From assembly GCA_028534125.1 (NCBI GenBank), contig CM052816.1, positions 11,162,001 to 11,226,000 on the forward strand: a DNA stretch of 64,000 nucleotides, read 5' to 3'. Position 1 is the first letter of the stretch, and each line of letters begins with the position of its first letter. Both the position numbers and the translations under genes were made by a program. Source of the DNA: Lama glama. Taxonomy: Eukaryota. A model generated the notes under the pieces. It was not told the DNA's origin and made no database searches. It saw nothing but the letters and a program-made list of their open reading frames with translations. This document shows positions 1-12,669 of the stretch, one piece after another.

Positions 1-89
1 AGACTCTTCCATTAACTTCTTTAATCCCCATAATAACTCTATGACTAGTTACTATTATTAGCTTCTGGGCTGGATATGGGCAGTTGGTA

Positions 90-662
90 CTCGGCATCAA
101 TTTCCATCTTTCAGGTAGCTTCCTGTTTTGGAGAGGCTACAAAGCTAATGATTCATTTCCAGATGCCCTTGCAGCTAGGGTTCTAGATGCGAGAGAGATT
201 TCAGGAAGTAGATGCACTCAGGCAAGATTGAGAAGGCAGCAAAATAAAGTCAAGAGCAATTTCCTGCTCTATTTGTTGTTTTCAGCTGGCAGAAAGTGTA
301 CGGAGATACTAACGTCTCATCTCCAGGTTCCAGAGGCAGTGGTAGTGGTAGCGGCAGCTGGCTTTCATGGTCCAGTGTCCAGATGGGATGTCATGCTGCC
401 AGTGGAGGCTTTCCCGATCTCTGGACAGCAGCCAAGATGGTATTTTCTGGACCTCAGTTGTTTCAGTGGCAAGCTGCCAGTTACTCACTGTCCCAGTTGT
501 GACAAAGGTCATAGCTCCCATGATATTCTGAGAGTCATTCCTACATGCCCAATGTAGCCCATGCCTTCAGCCCTTCAAATAATTTTGTAAGTGCTTCATT
601 CCCAGTAATAAATCTCTGTGCTTCAAAATTCTTAAGGTGATTTCAGTTTCCTGTGCTGAATC
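90..662 (+). mobile_element. MaLR LTR (MLT1-like)
   Basis: Ends with aataaatctctgtgcttcaaaattcttaaggtgatttcagtttcctg, typical of an MLT1 3' end. Confidence 0.55.
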
Positions 663-1124
663 TTTTTTTTTAATGGATAAAGAAATTGAGTCTTCAGAGA
701 GTATAAACAGATGTTCAAGATTGCAGAGCTAGATAAAAAAAAAAACAAAACAGATCCAGAATTCTATACTTCATTAGGCAAAACGTGTTCCAGAGCAAGA
801 GTGAAGAATTCATGAGCTATATTTCTAGCAGACTTGACAGAGCAAAGTACTGCAAAGCCGAGTTCACATATCCTCTCTTCCCACTTTTAAACCTATGAGT
901 TGCACTTGTGATTGCGGTAAGTGCTTAACTTAATTGGTTTGCATCCATGCCGGGACCTCTGGGATGCCACTTACATAACTCATCCAGAGTCTGTCTTGCC
1001 AATAAGTACGCACAGAGGCCTTCACTCAATAGCCACATAAAACACAGAGCTCGGTTCTCTGCAAGTAGCTACTTGCTTACCCTCATTCTTGGGGTTCAGG
1101 GGAACTAAGGGCAAAAGAACAATA

Positions 1125-1370
1125 GTAACCGACACACACTGAGCACTTACCATGTGCCAGGCGTTGCTCTGTTACTTTACATTATTTTCCGGCATCATCC
1201 TCACAACAGCCCTGGGAGGTAGGCACGATTATGACCTGCGTCTTAAAGATCGGGACCCTGAGGCACACAGAGATGAATTCACTTGCCCAAGGTCATGGAG
1301 CCCGGGAGTGGCAGAGCCTAGATACCAACCCCAGGGCTCTCTTATTTATAACGCTATTCTGCCTCCCAGA
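1125..1370 (-). mobile_element. MIR SINE
   Basis: gagcacttaccatgtgccagg...cctcacaacagccctgggaggtagg...ctgaggcacacagag...acttgcccaaggtca. Confidence 0.75.
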
Positions 1371-3339
1371 CACTCTGAGAATGCTTTGTTTTAATTTTGC
1401 GCACCACGGTAAACTGTATGAAATCCTCTCTGTAGTTAAGGTCAGAAATAACTAAGCAAACAAACAAATTATGAGCAGTGGCTTCCTTTGGGATCAGCCC
1501 TCCTGCACCTTGCCCCTTCTCACCCCAGCCCTCTCAGGATGCAGCCTCTCCCAGGCGTCATCGAGCTGCTGTGGGTTTTCCTATTGCTCTGAACAAGACA
1601 AACCAGACGCGGTCAACCTCACTGCCACAGTTCGTGGGGCTACATTTGGTTTCTCCGTCCTTCTTTCTCTCAGTATGCTACAATCACCTCAGACACTGTG
1701 GTTTCCCTTTCCAAGAGCATACAGAGCGCGGATCTGTATAGTTAGAGCACACATGTGTGGGCACAGAGAAAAAAATCAGAGATGTTACTAGAAAATGGTT
1801 AGACCCTCGGTAGGCTCATGAAAGTTTAAAATCAGAGTAAACATGAGGCTCTCTAATTAGACAGCCCTCTTTCTCCTGCCTAGCACTTCCACCAGACTCC
1901 CATTTCTCCTCGAAATAGATCTTCACCAAGGCGAGCATCTTTTTAAAATTCTGCACTACGGAGAGCCAGACTAAGATGGTTCTGTCGAAATTACAAAACA
2001 CTATACTTTCAAATAGCTGCTGAATTATTTAGTGACTTTACACTGTCCAAATGCTGGGCTCTTTGGGTAGACAATGTCTTGGTTTCCCTCCTATCTCTTT
2101 TGTTATGACATTCAGTAAATGGAGAGATATTGCTCTTCTTAATAATTTATAAAATAATAATCCACATTAAGGGAGAAGCTCCTCTGCTGGGTTTGGGGTT
2201 TCAAATCGGGTAGTCAGGAGAACGAGGCACTCACCGCTCTCTCCCGGGTCAGTTACGGTGTGGGTGCCGGCAGGCTCGAGCTTCACTTTTCAGGATTCGC
2301 TTCTTTCTCAGGTCGATATTTTCTCCTTCTTCTAACTTCTCCTTTACCTTAGAGTGGTTTCTGGAACTGTAAACTGTATTTGCTAGAACTTCTTCTTGGG
2401 AATGATCTGATTTGGTCTTAAAGTGAAATATGTTCTCTTAGAAGCTGAAAGCAGGACAATGTGTTTTTGTCATGCACCTGACATTTGAGAGTTTCCCATA
2501 TACTTTGGCCAAGTCAATTTTCCTCACCTGTTCCAGAAAAGGAGCGACAGGAAGAGAGAGGGGGAGAGGAAAGAGGGGGAGAGGGAAAGAAGGAAGGAGG
2601 GAGGAAGGAAATAAAAAGGAAGAAAAGAAGGGGGAAAAAAACCTATTTAAGATGAAGATGGTTGACATGCAATGTTCCTTTCTCTCTGAGTGCACACACC
2701 TTCCCTCACCTCTGTGTACCCTTCATTGCAGGATTCACGTGAATTCTACAACAGCTACCGAAATTATTAAAATGAAGAGGCATCCACTCATCTAAGGTCA
2801 GAGAGTTCTAAGAAGCTCTGCAAGTTCCTCAGAAGCAAGAATCCTGCCTTTTTTCTCATTGTTTCCCAGCAGAGTTTAGTGAAGTACCTGGCACGTCCCT
2901 CCAGTAAATATTAACTCAGTGCTTACAGTCCTTACTGAGGATACACAGATGGGTAAGACCTGGAGAATGAGGACATAAGCCAACAGGACATGTGTGATGA
3001 GGGCTATAAAAATGGCGTGTAGCGTGGGAGAACAGAGGAAGGAGCTCCCGACTGACTCAGCCTAGGGGAGACAGGGAAGCGTCACAGAGGAGATGGCGCT
3101 GGAGTAAGGACTTGAAAGATGAATGGAATTTTGCCAGGGAGAGAGAGGGAACAGCGTGTGAAAGTCATGGCAGTGGGAAAGAATATGACACAGTGGGGAA
3201 ACAGTGGTACTTCTGAATGTTTGCAGCAGGGACTCCATGCAGTCTGAGCACCCTGGGTGGAGGCTGCAAGGACAGGTAAAGGAACTTGCATGACATGCTG
3301 AAGACATCCTGGGGCGCTGGCTGGAGCGGGGAGGAAGAG

Positions 3340-3935
3340 GCACTCACTCACATTGCTGTTGGGTGCATTCAAGGCAAATTAGTACTATCTCAAAGTAAAA
3401 ATGCACGTTCCCTTAGACCCAGCAATGACACAGCTAATAACCAACCCTAGAGATCAACTGTGAAATTACATATGTACAAGGTTACCTGTCACAGCATTCC
3501 CTGTAAATGCAGAAGGCTGGAAGAAAGCTTCGACTCCATTGATGGGGATTGGTTGAATAAATTCTGGTACATCCCTAGGATGGAACACAATGGGAAGCTG
3601 TAAAAGAAAAAGAGAGAGGGAATAAGCTCCAAGATATATGAATTATAATAAGAAAAGTGTAGAACAGCATGTAGTTTGTTACCACCTTGAGAAAAAAGGA
3701 CACATGAAAATGCATACACATAATTATGTATTTATACACATTTATACACATATATGTAAGGAAATATATAAGCTTGTAATTAATACAGCTTCTCTGGAAG
3801 GATACACAAGAAATTGATAATAGTGTGGGTGGACGGTAAGAGAAGAAGAAGGAATTTTGCACCTTTTTGATTTTGAACCATGTGAATGTACCATCCTGTC
3901 AAACAAACTGAACACAATTAAAACAGAAGAAAAAA
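3340..3935 (+). mobile_element. Old L1ME-type 3' fragment
   Basis: cccttagacccagcaat...gattggttgaataaattctggtacatc...ttttgaaccatgtgaatgta. Confidence 0.7.
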
Positions 3936-4139
3936 GGTATGCCGTGATCAGACATGTTTTTCAGGAAGATGAGAACTGTGAGTAGCAACAACCCAAGAGG
4001 AAAGAGGTCAGAGGCAGGGAGACTAATTAAGAGGCTATGAACCTATCCAATCCTGAGGCGGCAAAGCCCTGGAGTAGGTGGAGGTGAGCATGGAGGAAGG
4101 GAGTGGATCTCAGATATCAGGTGAGGGGATTTTACCTAC

Positions 4140-4350
4140 CCTATTTTGAGCATTTACTATATGCTGGGCACTTTATACACATCGAGTCATTTAATCCCTC
4201 CATGGAGTCATTTTACGCCAGCATGAAAGATTTTACTCGCCCCGTTTTACAGATGAAGGAACTAGAGTTCAAAGAGGTTACATGACTTCCCAAGAGTCAC
4301 CCAGAGAGAGTAAGTGGTGGAACCAGGACTCGAACCCCGGACCCCACGCC
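4140..4350 (-). mobile_element. MIR SINE
   Basis: cccgttttacagatgaaggaactagagttcaaagaggttacatgacttcccaa. Confidence 0.7.
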
Positions 4351-5099
4351 ACTCTAGGGGCTCCTGTAGCACCAGAGCAAATAACCAGACCTGGAGGCAA
4401 CTGGCAGTGAATAGAAAAAGGGAGAAACCTCAGAGAGAACACAAAAGCCTCTGGCATCTCTAAAAAATAGAGCTCCTGAGGCCATGGATGGCTCAGGAAA
4501 AAAAAACCAGGGCAGGTACCCTGGTCTGTGGGCTGGTGATCAGGGGGATCCTTGAAGGGCATGTGGTTCCCGTGTCCTGAGACTGACTCTGAAAGATTGG
4601 GAGAAGCCCAGACAAATCCTCCCAGTCTCCTCCCCGGGGACTCAGCTCAGTGTCAGCTGGGGCCCACTAGGGCAACATGTGCCTCTCCCTCCCCAGCAGG
4701 AAGTGCTAGGAAGGGGTTCCCTGGGGGGCCGTTTAGCTGGACTGGGCTCCATATTTTCCTCTCCCGTCTCCCTGCGGTACCAAGTGTGTGACTATTGATT
4801 TCCTCCCTGCATTTGTTTTTGTTATCCATTATTTATGGGATCATTTTTCCATCCTTCGTGCATGAAGGCAAATTTTGTGTAAAAATCAATTGAGTGAGCG
4901 CCGCCGATGGCTCATTGCGTTTTCTTGGCTTTCATCTCCGAGGCACCAGTTCTCGGGAGATGGAGAGCAGGACGTTAGGGAGCAAGCGCTCCAGAATGGG
5001 AAAGGGCGGGGCAGGGATGGGGCAGGGTTCTGAAACCCATCAGGGGTTTTTGGTCCGTGGAACTCACCTGGAAGTCTAGGTAAGGATTAATGTCTGCCT

Positions 5100-5234
5100 G
5101 GGGGCAGTATAGCTCAGTGGTAAGTACATGCTTAGCATGCACAAGGTCCTGGGTTCAATCCCCAGTACCTTAGTTTAAAAAATAAATAAATAAATAAACA
5201 CCTAATTACCTCCCCTCCAAAAGACAAACAGAAA
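5100..5234 (+). mobile_element. tRNA-derived SINE (Vic-1-like)
   Basis: A-box tagctcagtgg, B-box ggttcaatccc, (aaat)n tract and cctaattacctcccc tail. Confidence 0.85.
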
Positions 5235-5249
5235 GTGCCCCTGCACTAC

Positions 5250-5340
5250 AGTGACAGTGCTGAGTAGTTGCAACAAAGATGGAATGGCCACAAAGACTAA
5301 AATATTTACTACTTGGCCCATATAGGGAAAAGGTTGCCAC
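5250..5340. mobile_element. hAT-Charlie fragment, MER58-like
   Basis: tgagtagttgcaacaaag...ctaaaatatttactacttggccc...aaaaggttgcc. Confidence 0.6.
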
Positions 5341-6614
5341 ACTGTTTCCCAAACTGGGTTCTGAGGAATTCTAGCATCTCTCAGAACAATGGTGACCATT
5401 AAGGAAGGAAAGAGAGCAGGGTCATTCCTTGGTCAAATATGTTTGAGAAATGCTCCAGGCAAGATTCATGTCCTGGACATTCTCATTCATCCCACAAAGA
5501 GTTTAGCAGTTAAACAGAAATAACAACAAGCCTCTCTGAAAATGTCGCCTGCTTATTTTACTTGTTGATGGGACGCTTTTTATAGTGAAATAGTTTTTAT
5601 CAATTATCGGTGGCATAGAGACCACAATTTGATAGAAATCCATGTAGTTCATTTCCATCCAAAGGACCCAGGGTTGCCCTCGGGGATCCAAAGACCAGTC
5701 TAGAACCTTCTCTTGGGTAACACTGGCATGGAGGCATCCTCATTCTGGGCAGCAAGATCTTAATATGCAAAAGAAGACAGGAGTAGATCAGATATCTCCA
5801 GCAGATGGTCTGTGAGCTAAATCTAGCCTGCATGTGTGTTTCGTTTGAGCTACCTGATTTTTTTTTTTTTGCCTTCACTTTGAGGAAGGAGAGATAAGGA
5901 GATACGAACTTTTAGAAATTAGATTTTCAACTTCTCTTAGAAATTCAGATTTACTGACCACTCATTGGGTTCCTCTTGCCACATGGCAGTCACTGTGGCC
6001 GATACTGGATAACTTCTGCCCCCTGTAGGCCAGGCACCTGCCCCGGGGTTTACCACGGTCCTCACTCTCTGCTGCATGGTGTGGGTCATTGTGCTCATCG
6101 CCATGACCTTCTGGCATTTGAGTCTGCTACTCTGAAAGGAGAGTCTCAAAGGTTTCATCAGTTACTTTCCACCTATGATTTCAAACGCGCGAGGGCTCTC
6201 TCCTCAGGGATAGTGCAAGGGTTCTTTGCACCTAGGACTATACGGTGCAATGAACAAGAATGAACTGGTTTTCAAGGAATGTTCAGTCCCTGTGATTGGA
6301 AACTTCATCTATTAGCAGCACTGAAAAGTTTTGGTCTGGTCTGATATTTTCTTAAATTTGAGTATCTTCAAGCCTATGCCATCTTCTTCCCAATGTAACA
6401 TATTCTTGCCCTCTAGAGAAATGGTACTTAGAGTTTGAGGTCACAGATCACTTTGAGAACTTGATAAAAGCTATAGACTTAGCAAGGGTGGGAATATACA
6501 CATAAAACACATAATTTTTCATACAGCTTCAGGGAGTATGAATGCTCCTTGCACCTAAGCCCATCTCTGACTCTTCCAGGAGTCCTGAGACCTTGGTTCG
6601 GAATCCCTGTTCTG

Positions 6615-9110
6615 GAGACTTCCAGTTCAGGTAGGAGATTGGACACATACATCAGTTGCACTCTCTCCCAAAACCTCACCTTAAAATGATAAGTAAATGA
6701 TATTTAAAGCATACACCTACAGGGATGAAGAGATGAGAAAGGAGACAATGGCAAAAAAAAAAAAAATAGACACAGGAAAGCAAATACATCAGAGGTTAAC
6801 TGACCTAATAGACTGGAAAAAGCTGAATCCTAAGTCAGCAGTGAGAAAAGCTGAAAAGCTGAAAAGCAACCTGAAATGCATAGCAATCCTAAAAGACTTG
6901 GGAAAGTCCTACAAGTCTTTGGAAGTGACAGGACCACAAATCTCTGGAAGTGGGAATTAAGATGAAGCTGCGAATGGATGGGTTGGTTTGTTTAAGAGGG
7001 TTTGTTTAAAGTAGTGGTTAGACCCTCAGATTACCTCACCCACATGGCACAGGCGGGCAGCTGCCTCACCCAAACCTGGCAGAACACCAGTAGTTTATTT
7101 ACTAGAAAAAAAAGTGTTTTTTAAGTCATTGTATCTGAGACACCAATTATAGCTAAGGGTGGAAAGCCATATTGAAAAGAGCGAAATTCAGTAAAATTTT
7201 ACATTCTGAATGTTGAAAATCCCATTCCTTCCCCCCTCCTCAGCACCTTGAATATCAGCTGCCAGACACATATCCTCTAAACAGGAAATCAAGAGGACAA
7301 GCCAGCCCAAAAAAGAGAAAAAAAAAATCTGCCATTAGACAACCCCAAGATCCCAAGGAAATGGCCCAGCCGGCTCACTCTAGATAGAAAACCAAAGTAA
7401 ACAAGGCCAACTCAGGTGTGCAAAGATCCCAGGTTTTTACCCAGCTAACTAAACAATATCTAACACAAGGCGCAGAGACCAGAACAGACAACAAAAAATA
7501 AAAGCACTTTGTTGGGAAGGGTATAGTTTACGTGGCAGAGCGCATGACTAGCATGCCTAGCATGCCTGAGGTCCTGGGTTCAATTCCCAGTACCTCTAGG
7601 AAAAAAAATAAACAAGTGAACCTAGTTACCTCCCCCTGCAAAAAATTTAAAAATAAAAAATGATTTTTTTAAATAAAAGCACTTTGGAGGAAACAGACTC
7701 CGAAGGAAGAAGAAATTAAAGAGAACCTACCAGTAATATTAGCAATGTAACTGAGTATAACTCAGAGCTATAATTAAAAAGACAGCATCCACGAAGAAAA
7801 ATATGTTTTTTCTGTAAAGAACAAAAAGATCAGTTAGATATTTTTAGTGAAAGGAGAAATGAAAAACTCAGGAGAAAGGCTGAAATATAGAATTTAGGAA
7901 AACATCACACAAAAGAACAAAAACAAAGAGAAAAATTGTAGAGAAATGATAAATAAATAAGGGAATCAGATGGTCCAATAACAAAATAAGAGGCATTTCA
8001 GAGGGATGGAAATATGAAGAAAAAAAAAACCAGAAAACTTCAAAGAAACAGTGCAAGAACATTTCCCAGAATAAAAGTTGTGAGTGTTAAGATTGAAAAT
8101 TACTCAGCAGAATACACAAAAAGAATATGCTCTCTAACCTTCCAGAGATAAAACAGGTTTCCTACCAAAATCAAAAACGTAAATGGCCTTGAACCCTTCA
8201 ATAGTAACACCAAATACTAGAAGGCGACAGAGAAATCTCTTTAAAATGCTTCAGGAAAATTAATCTTAACCTAGAATTCTATATCTGGTGAAATAATCAT
8301 TTCAGTGTGAGAAGAGGATAAAGACATTTTTAGACCTAATGGTTTTGGGGAAAAAAGAAACCTGTCTCCACTGTACCGTTTCTCAGGGAGCATGCCTACC
8401 ACCTAAATGGGGCTTAAACCTAAAGAGACGATATACATTCTGGGAAACAGAGGATTCAACCCAAAAAGGAATCTCTAGGATGATGGTGAAGGGGGATCCT
8501 AGGCTGACAGCTGTCAGCAGACCTGTAGAGGGCAACTAGCTCATCCTGTAGCGGGCCAGAGACCCCAGCAGAGTCTTCTTCAAGCAGATTAAACTGACAG
8601 AACACTTTATGTGTTGGGAAGTTTTGAGAGGAGATTTGCATAAATGGGAAGAGTCTGAGGTTCATTAATAATAAACACAGAAAACAAAAGAGAGTTAAAA
8701 GCAATCGTTATTAATGCCGAAAAAATTAAATATTGTGCAAGAATGGAAAGTAACTATAGTGTCTGACGTGGCTCAGCAGTAAATGTTGTTTGAGAAATAA
8801 AACAAATGAACACTGAATACTGATCTACTCAGAATTAAGCTGTAACTATACTGGAAAGGTGACAGGGGTGGGAATTAGGGTAGGGAATGAGACAGAGCTA
8901 AATCCTCCTCTCACTCCAAGGAACCAAATAATCAAGGGTTAGCAACACAGACATGATATTGGAAGAGAGTGAGGTCAACAGCAATAGAACCAGCTCAGAG
9001 GGATGAACGTGACTGCTCCGGGGAATCGGGGCATGAGGGGAGGATGCCTGGAGGAAAGTTCTTCGCCAAACCGAGCCTTACTAAACTCCCTGAGTCTTGA
9101 AACTATGGAC
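6615..9110 (+). mobile_element. Old HAL1 / L1 ORF1-derived element, decayed
   Basis: ORF1-like remnant (aacctagaattctatatctggtgaaataatcatt...ataaagacattttt) followed by HAL1-type gatgatggtgaaggg...gacagctgt. Confidence 0.65.
7512..7670 (+). mobile_element. tRNA-derived SINE (Vic-1-like) inserted in HAL1
   Basis: Homologous to the 5100 copy; 16-bp TSD aaataaaagcactttg (7496-7511 and 7671-7686); internal 9-bp duplication ctagcatgc. Confidence 0.85.
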
Positions 9111-9965
9111 ACATATAACTTTTCCCATCCTCCCCTTAAGTCTCTGGTGACTCCCTACACTCACACTCAGACGGCAAAGTGTTGCTGAATTCTTCTAATA
9201 CACGAAATTGATAAGCGAGCAGAGCCTGATGTTTTAATTTTTATTAGTTTCAAGTATATCCTGGTATTCCAAAAGGTAAATGCAAAGAATAAATATTTAA
9301 AAATAATAATTTGTTTCCCATGCTCCTCTAGGAGAGTTGTACATTTTTAAAAAATGAGATAGTTCCTTTATCTTTTTCACTGGAGGTATCTAGGGATGAA
9401 CCATCACCAATGGTTGGAATGAGATGTCATCTCTTCCAATCACACATCTAATACTGCAGAGCTGCCTCTAGTGTCACTCACTAAAATCTCCGTTTGGATC
9501 CTTCAAGACAGACACTCATGGTACAGCCCACTCCTTAGACCATGTTGACTGCTAGTCGTCTTCTTTGTATGAAACTGACATTTTTTTCCTCTCTGTGACG
9601 TTCACTTCCTATTTAGTAACTCTTGTGGCCCCAGAGAACAAGAGTAAGACCTCTTTCATGTGGAAGTCCTTCAGATTTTACCTTAAAAACACAAGTCCAT
9701 CATCTCCTACAGGAGCAAGCACAGCACAGCACAAAGAGCACAGCTCTAGAGGCAGACAATCCTGGGCTTTACTCCTAGGTTCTGTCATTTATTAGCTGTG
9801 TGATCTTGGACACTTATAAAATACGGACTTACCTAGGTTTGTAATACATCTTAGAAGGAGCAGAACCATGAATACAGGAACACTCCACACCTTAAAATTT
9901 CATCCTTTCCTTCTGTCTCCTTTGGGGGTTAGAAGCGTGGTCAGAAGGATAATAAGTAACAATTG

Positions 9966-10932
9966 CTGGGGGTAGGAAGGAATAAATTGGGAGTTCAAGA
10001 TTTGTGGATACTAACTACTGCATATAAAATAGATAAACAAAAAGTTTATACTGTGTAGCACAGGGAGCTACATTCAGTATCTTGTCGTAACTTATGGTGA
10101 AAAAGAATATGAAAACGAATATATGTATGTTCCTATATAACNNNNNNNNNNNNNNNNNNNNNNNNNNNNNNNNNNNNNNNNNNNNNNNNNNNNNNNNNNN
10201 NNNNNNNNNNNNNNNNNNNNNNNNNNNNNNNNNNNNNNNNNNNNNNNNNNNNNNNNNNNNNNNNNNNNNNNNNNNNNNNNNNNNNNNNNNNNNNNNNNNN
10301 NNNNNNNNNNNNNNNNNNNNNNNNNNNNNNNNNNNNNNNNNNNNNNNNNNNNNNNNNNNNNNNNNNNNNNNNNNNNNNNNNNNNNNNNNNNNNNNNNNNN
10401 NNNNNNNNNNNNNNNNNNNNNNNNNNNNNNNNNNNNNNNNNNNNNNNNNNNNNNNNNNNNNNNNNNNNNNNNNNNNNNNNNNNNNNNNNNNNNNNNNNNN
10501 NNNNNNNNNNNNNNNNNNNNNNNNNNNNNNNNNNNNNNNNNNNNNNNNNNNNNNNNNNNNNNNNNNNNNNNNNNNNNNNNNNNNNNNNNNNNNNNNNNNN
10601 NNNNNNNNNNNNNNNNNNNNNNNNNNNNNNNNNNNNNNNNNAGAAGGATAATAAGTAACAATTGCTGGGGGTAGGAAGGAATAAATTGGGAGTTCAAGAT
10701 TTGTGGATACTAACTACTGCATATAAAATAGATAAACAAAAAGTTTATACTGTGTAGCACAGGGAGCTACATTCAGTATCTTGTCGTAACTTATGGTGAA
10801 AAAGAATATGAAAACGAATATATGTATGTTCCTATATAACTGAGATATTGTGACTGAAGCACTGTGCTGTACATCAGAAATTGACACAACATTGTAAACT
10901 GACTATACTTCAATAAAAATATATTTTAAAAA
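9966..10932 (+). mobile_element. L1 3' end (camelid/artiodactyl type), split by the assembly gap
   Basis: ataaattgggagttcaagattt...gaaattgacacaacattgtaaactgactatacttcaataaaa, shared with the copies at 37.7, 49.5 and 55.2 kb. Confidence 0.85.
10142..10641. other. Assembly gap (500 N)
   Basis: Run of N; 199 bp of flanking sequence is identical on both sides. Confidence 0.99.
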
Positions 10933-11719
10933 GTGCTCATTCATAGATTTAGCGTCAAATATCTGTTAAACACCTATTATTCTAAAGTGATCAGTAGTGA
11001 TGCTGCTTTTTTTAACTATTATGTACTAAATATGTTTTACACTATGTATTTCTTAAATTGCTATTAAGTCTCATTTTTGCCGTACAATAAAGAGGTTGTA
11101 CTAGAATTTACTGTCAAATTAGGCTGCATATCAGTGTGCAGGGTGTGGTTGTAGCCAAAGGTTCTGGGTGTTGCAACAATTTACTTCATGATAAGTAAAC
11201 TAACATAGCAATGGTGGGGAGGGCAAAACAGACAGATGTGTTGTGAACAGAATGCAAAATCCATACAACCTATAATGAAATAAGAATTGAAGGAAATTTT
11301 GTGTTTCAAGCTATATATCCAAACTCCAGAATCGGGGGCACTTTGGTGAGGGAAAAAAAACGGAAGAAACATCTTCCTAAATTTGGGCAAATAGTCAGAG
11401 ACACATGTAGAGATGGTAAAAAATATAGATTCCTGGGCCCCTAGAACTACATCATATTCTGCAGCCAGTGGCTCTCCAAGACTCATCACGGCTCACATTC
11501 TAGGATTCCACGTGTCTAACAGTGACAATACAAAGCATCTGAGTAAATATTATTAAAACTTTTTGGTGATGGAAAATCCCCACTGCAACAGACAAGAAAT
11601 ACAAACCTTCCCCTCAATGACCTAATAGCATTAGTAGAAGCATAGAACCATACTACACAAAGCCATAAGGAACAGTAAAATATTATCAGTGAAAAACTCA
11701 AAAAGTAAAAGCTATAGAA

Positions 11720-12032
11720 CAGGGGAATTAGGGGACAGTCAAAGGGTGCAAACTTGCAGTTATAAGATTAAGTTCTGGGATGTAATGTACAACTTGATGA
11801 CTATAGTTAATGATACTATATTGAATATTTAAAAGTTGCTAAGACCATAGATCTTAAAGGTTCTTACCGCAAAGAAAAAATGTTGCAACTATGTAAGGTG
11901 ATGCATATTAACTAATCTTACTGTGGTAATCATTTTACAATATATACAAATATCACACCATTATGGAGCACACCTTAAACTTACACAATGTTATATGCCA
12001 ATTACTGTTCAATACAACTGGGGCAGGGGAAA
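11720..12032 (+). mobile_element. L1MA-type 3' end
   Basis: gtcaaagggtgcaaactt...agttgctaagaccatagatcttaa...caccttaaacttacacaatgttatatgccaatta. Confidence 0.8.
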
Positions 12033-12633
12033 ACTATAAAATAGACAGGCGAAATTCTGGTAAGTTGGAAGCAGAAGAGTTGAAGGTGGTCCACGTTCTC
12101 ATCATTTCACCTGAGCAATGTGAACAGTAACACAGACCCTCAAAAGCTGAATGAACTCACAGCTGCAAGCATTATCTCAAGTCAGAAGGACAGAATAATG
12201 AAGATCCGAGAGCAGAGAACAGGAGCCCTGGTCAGCATTCTCTTATCTGTGGATTCCAGCCAGGCTTAGGTGCCCTGCCCAGCCCACAACAACTGCCTTC
12301 TGCTCCCCACTGGGTTGAGTCTCCCCAGACCTGCTGATGAATCGGCTTGGCTGAGCCAGAACTATTTCATCTAACAAAATGTTTTAATTTCATCCTGCCT
12401 CCTACTCCCACCCTACCTTTAAATTGTAAATGTACAGACCATTGGTGTTTTTATTTTTCCATTGGGAGGTGAGTGTGATGTTTCTGCCACATGGATTTAG
12501 AAGCTTCAGTGCTGGGAACCCAGGAATTGGGAACTAACCTTTCTTCCAGCTCCACTTTGTACACTTATCCTTCTGAAAACAAAATAGAGAAATAAAATAA
12601 GCCAGAACAAATAGCAAATATAAGTCAAGCCCA

Positions 12634-12669
12634 TGTAACTTATTTGACTATAAGCTCAAATAAGTTACA
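12634..12669. repeat. Perfect 14-bp inverted repeat with 8-nt spacer
   Basis: tgtaacttatttga-ctataagc-tcaaataagttaca. Confidence 0.95.

Noticed and set aside
2472..2795. K/E/G/R-rich 107-aa ORF
   Set aside because: Arises from a polypurine low-complexity tract.
5100..5172. tRNA gene (also at 7514 and 43740)
   Set aside because: A/B boxes belong to SINE heads with A-rich tails, TSDs in two of the three copies, and degenerate stems.
10092..10697. 201 and 185 aa ORFs
   Set aside because: Open only because of the N gap.
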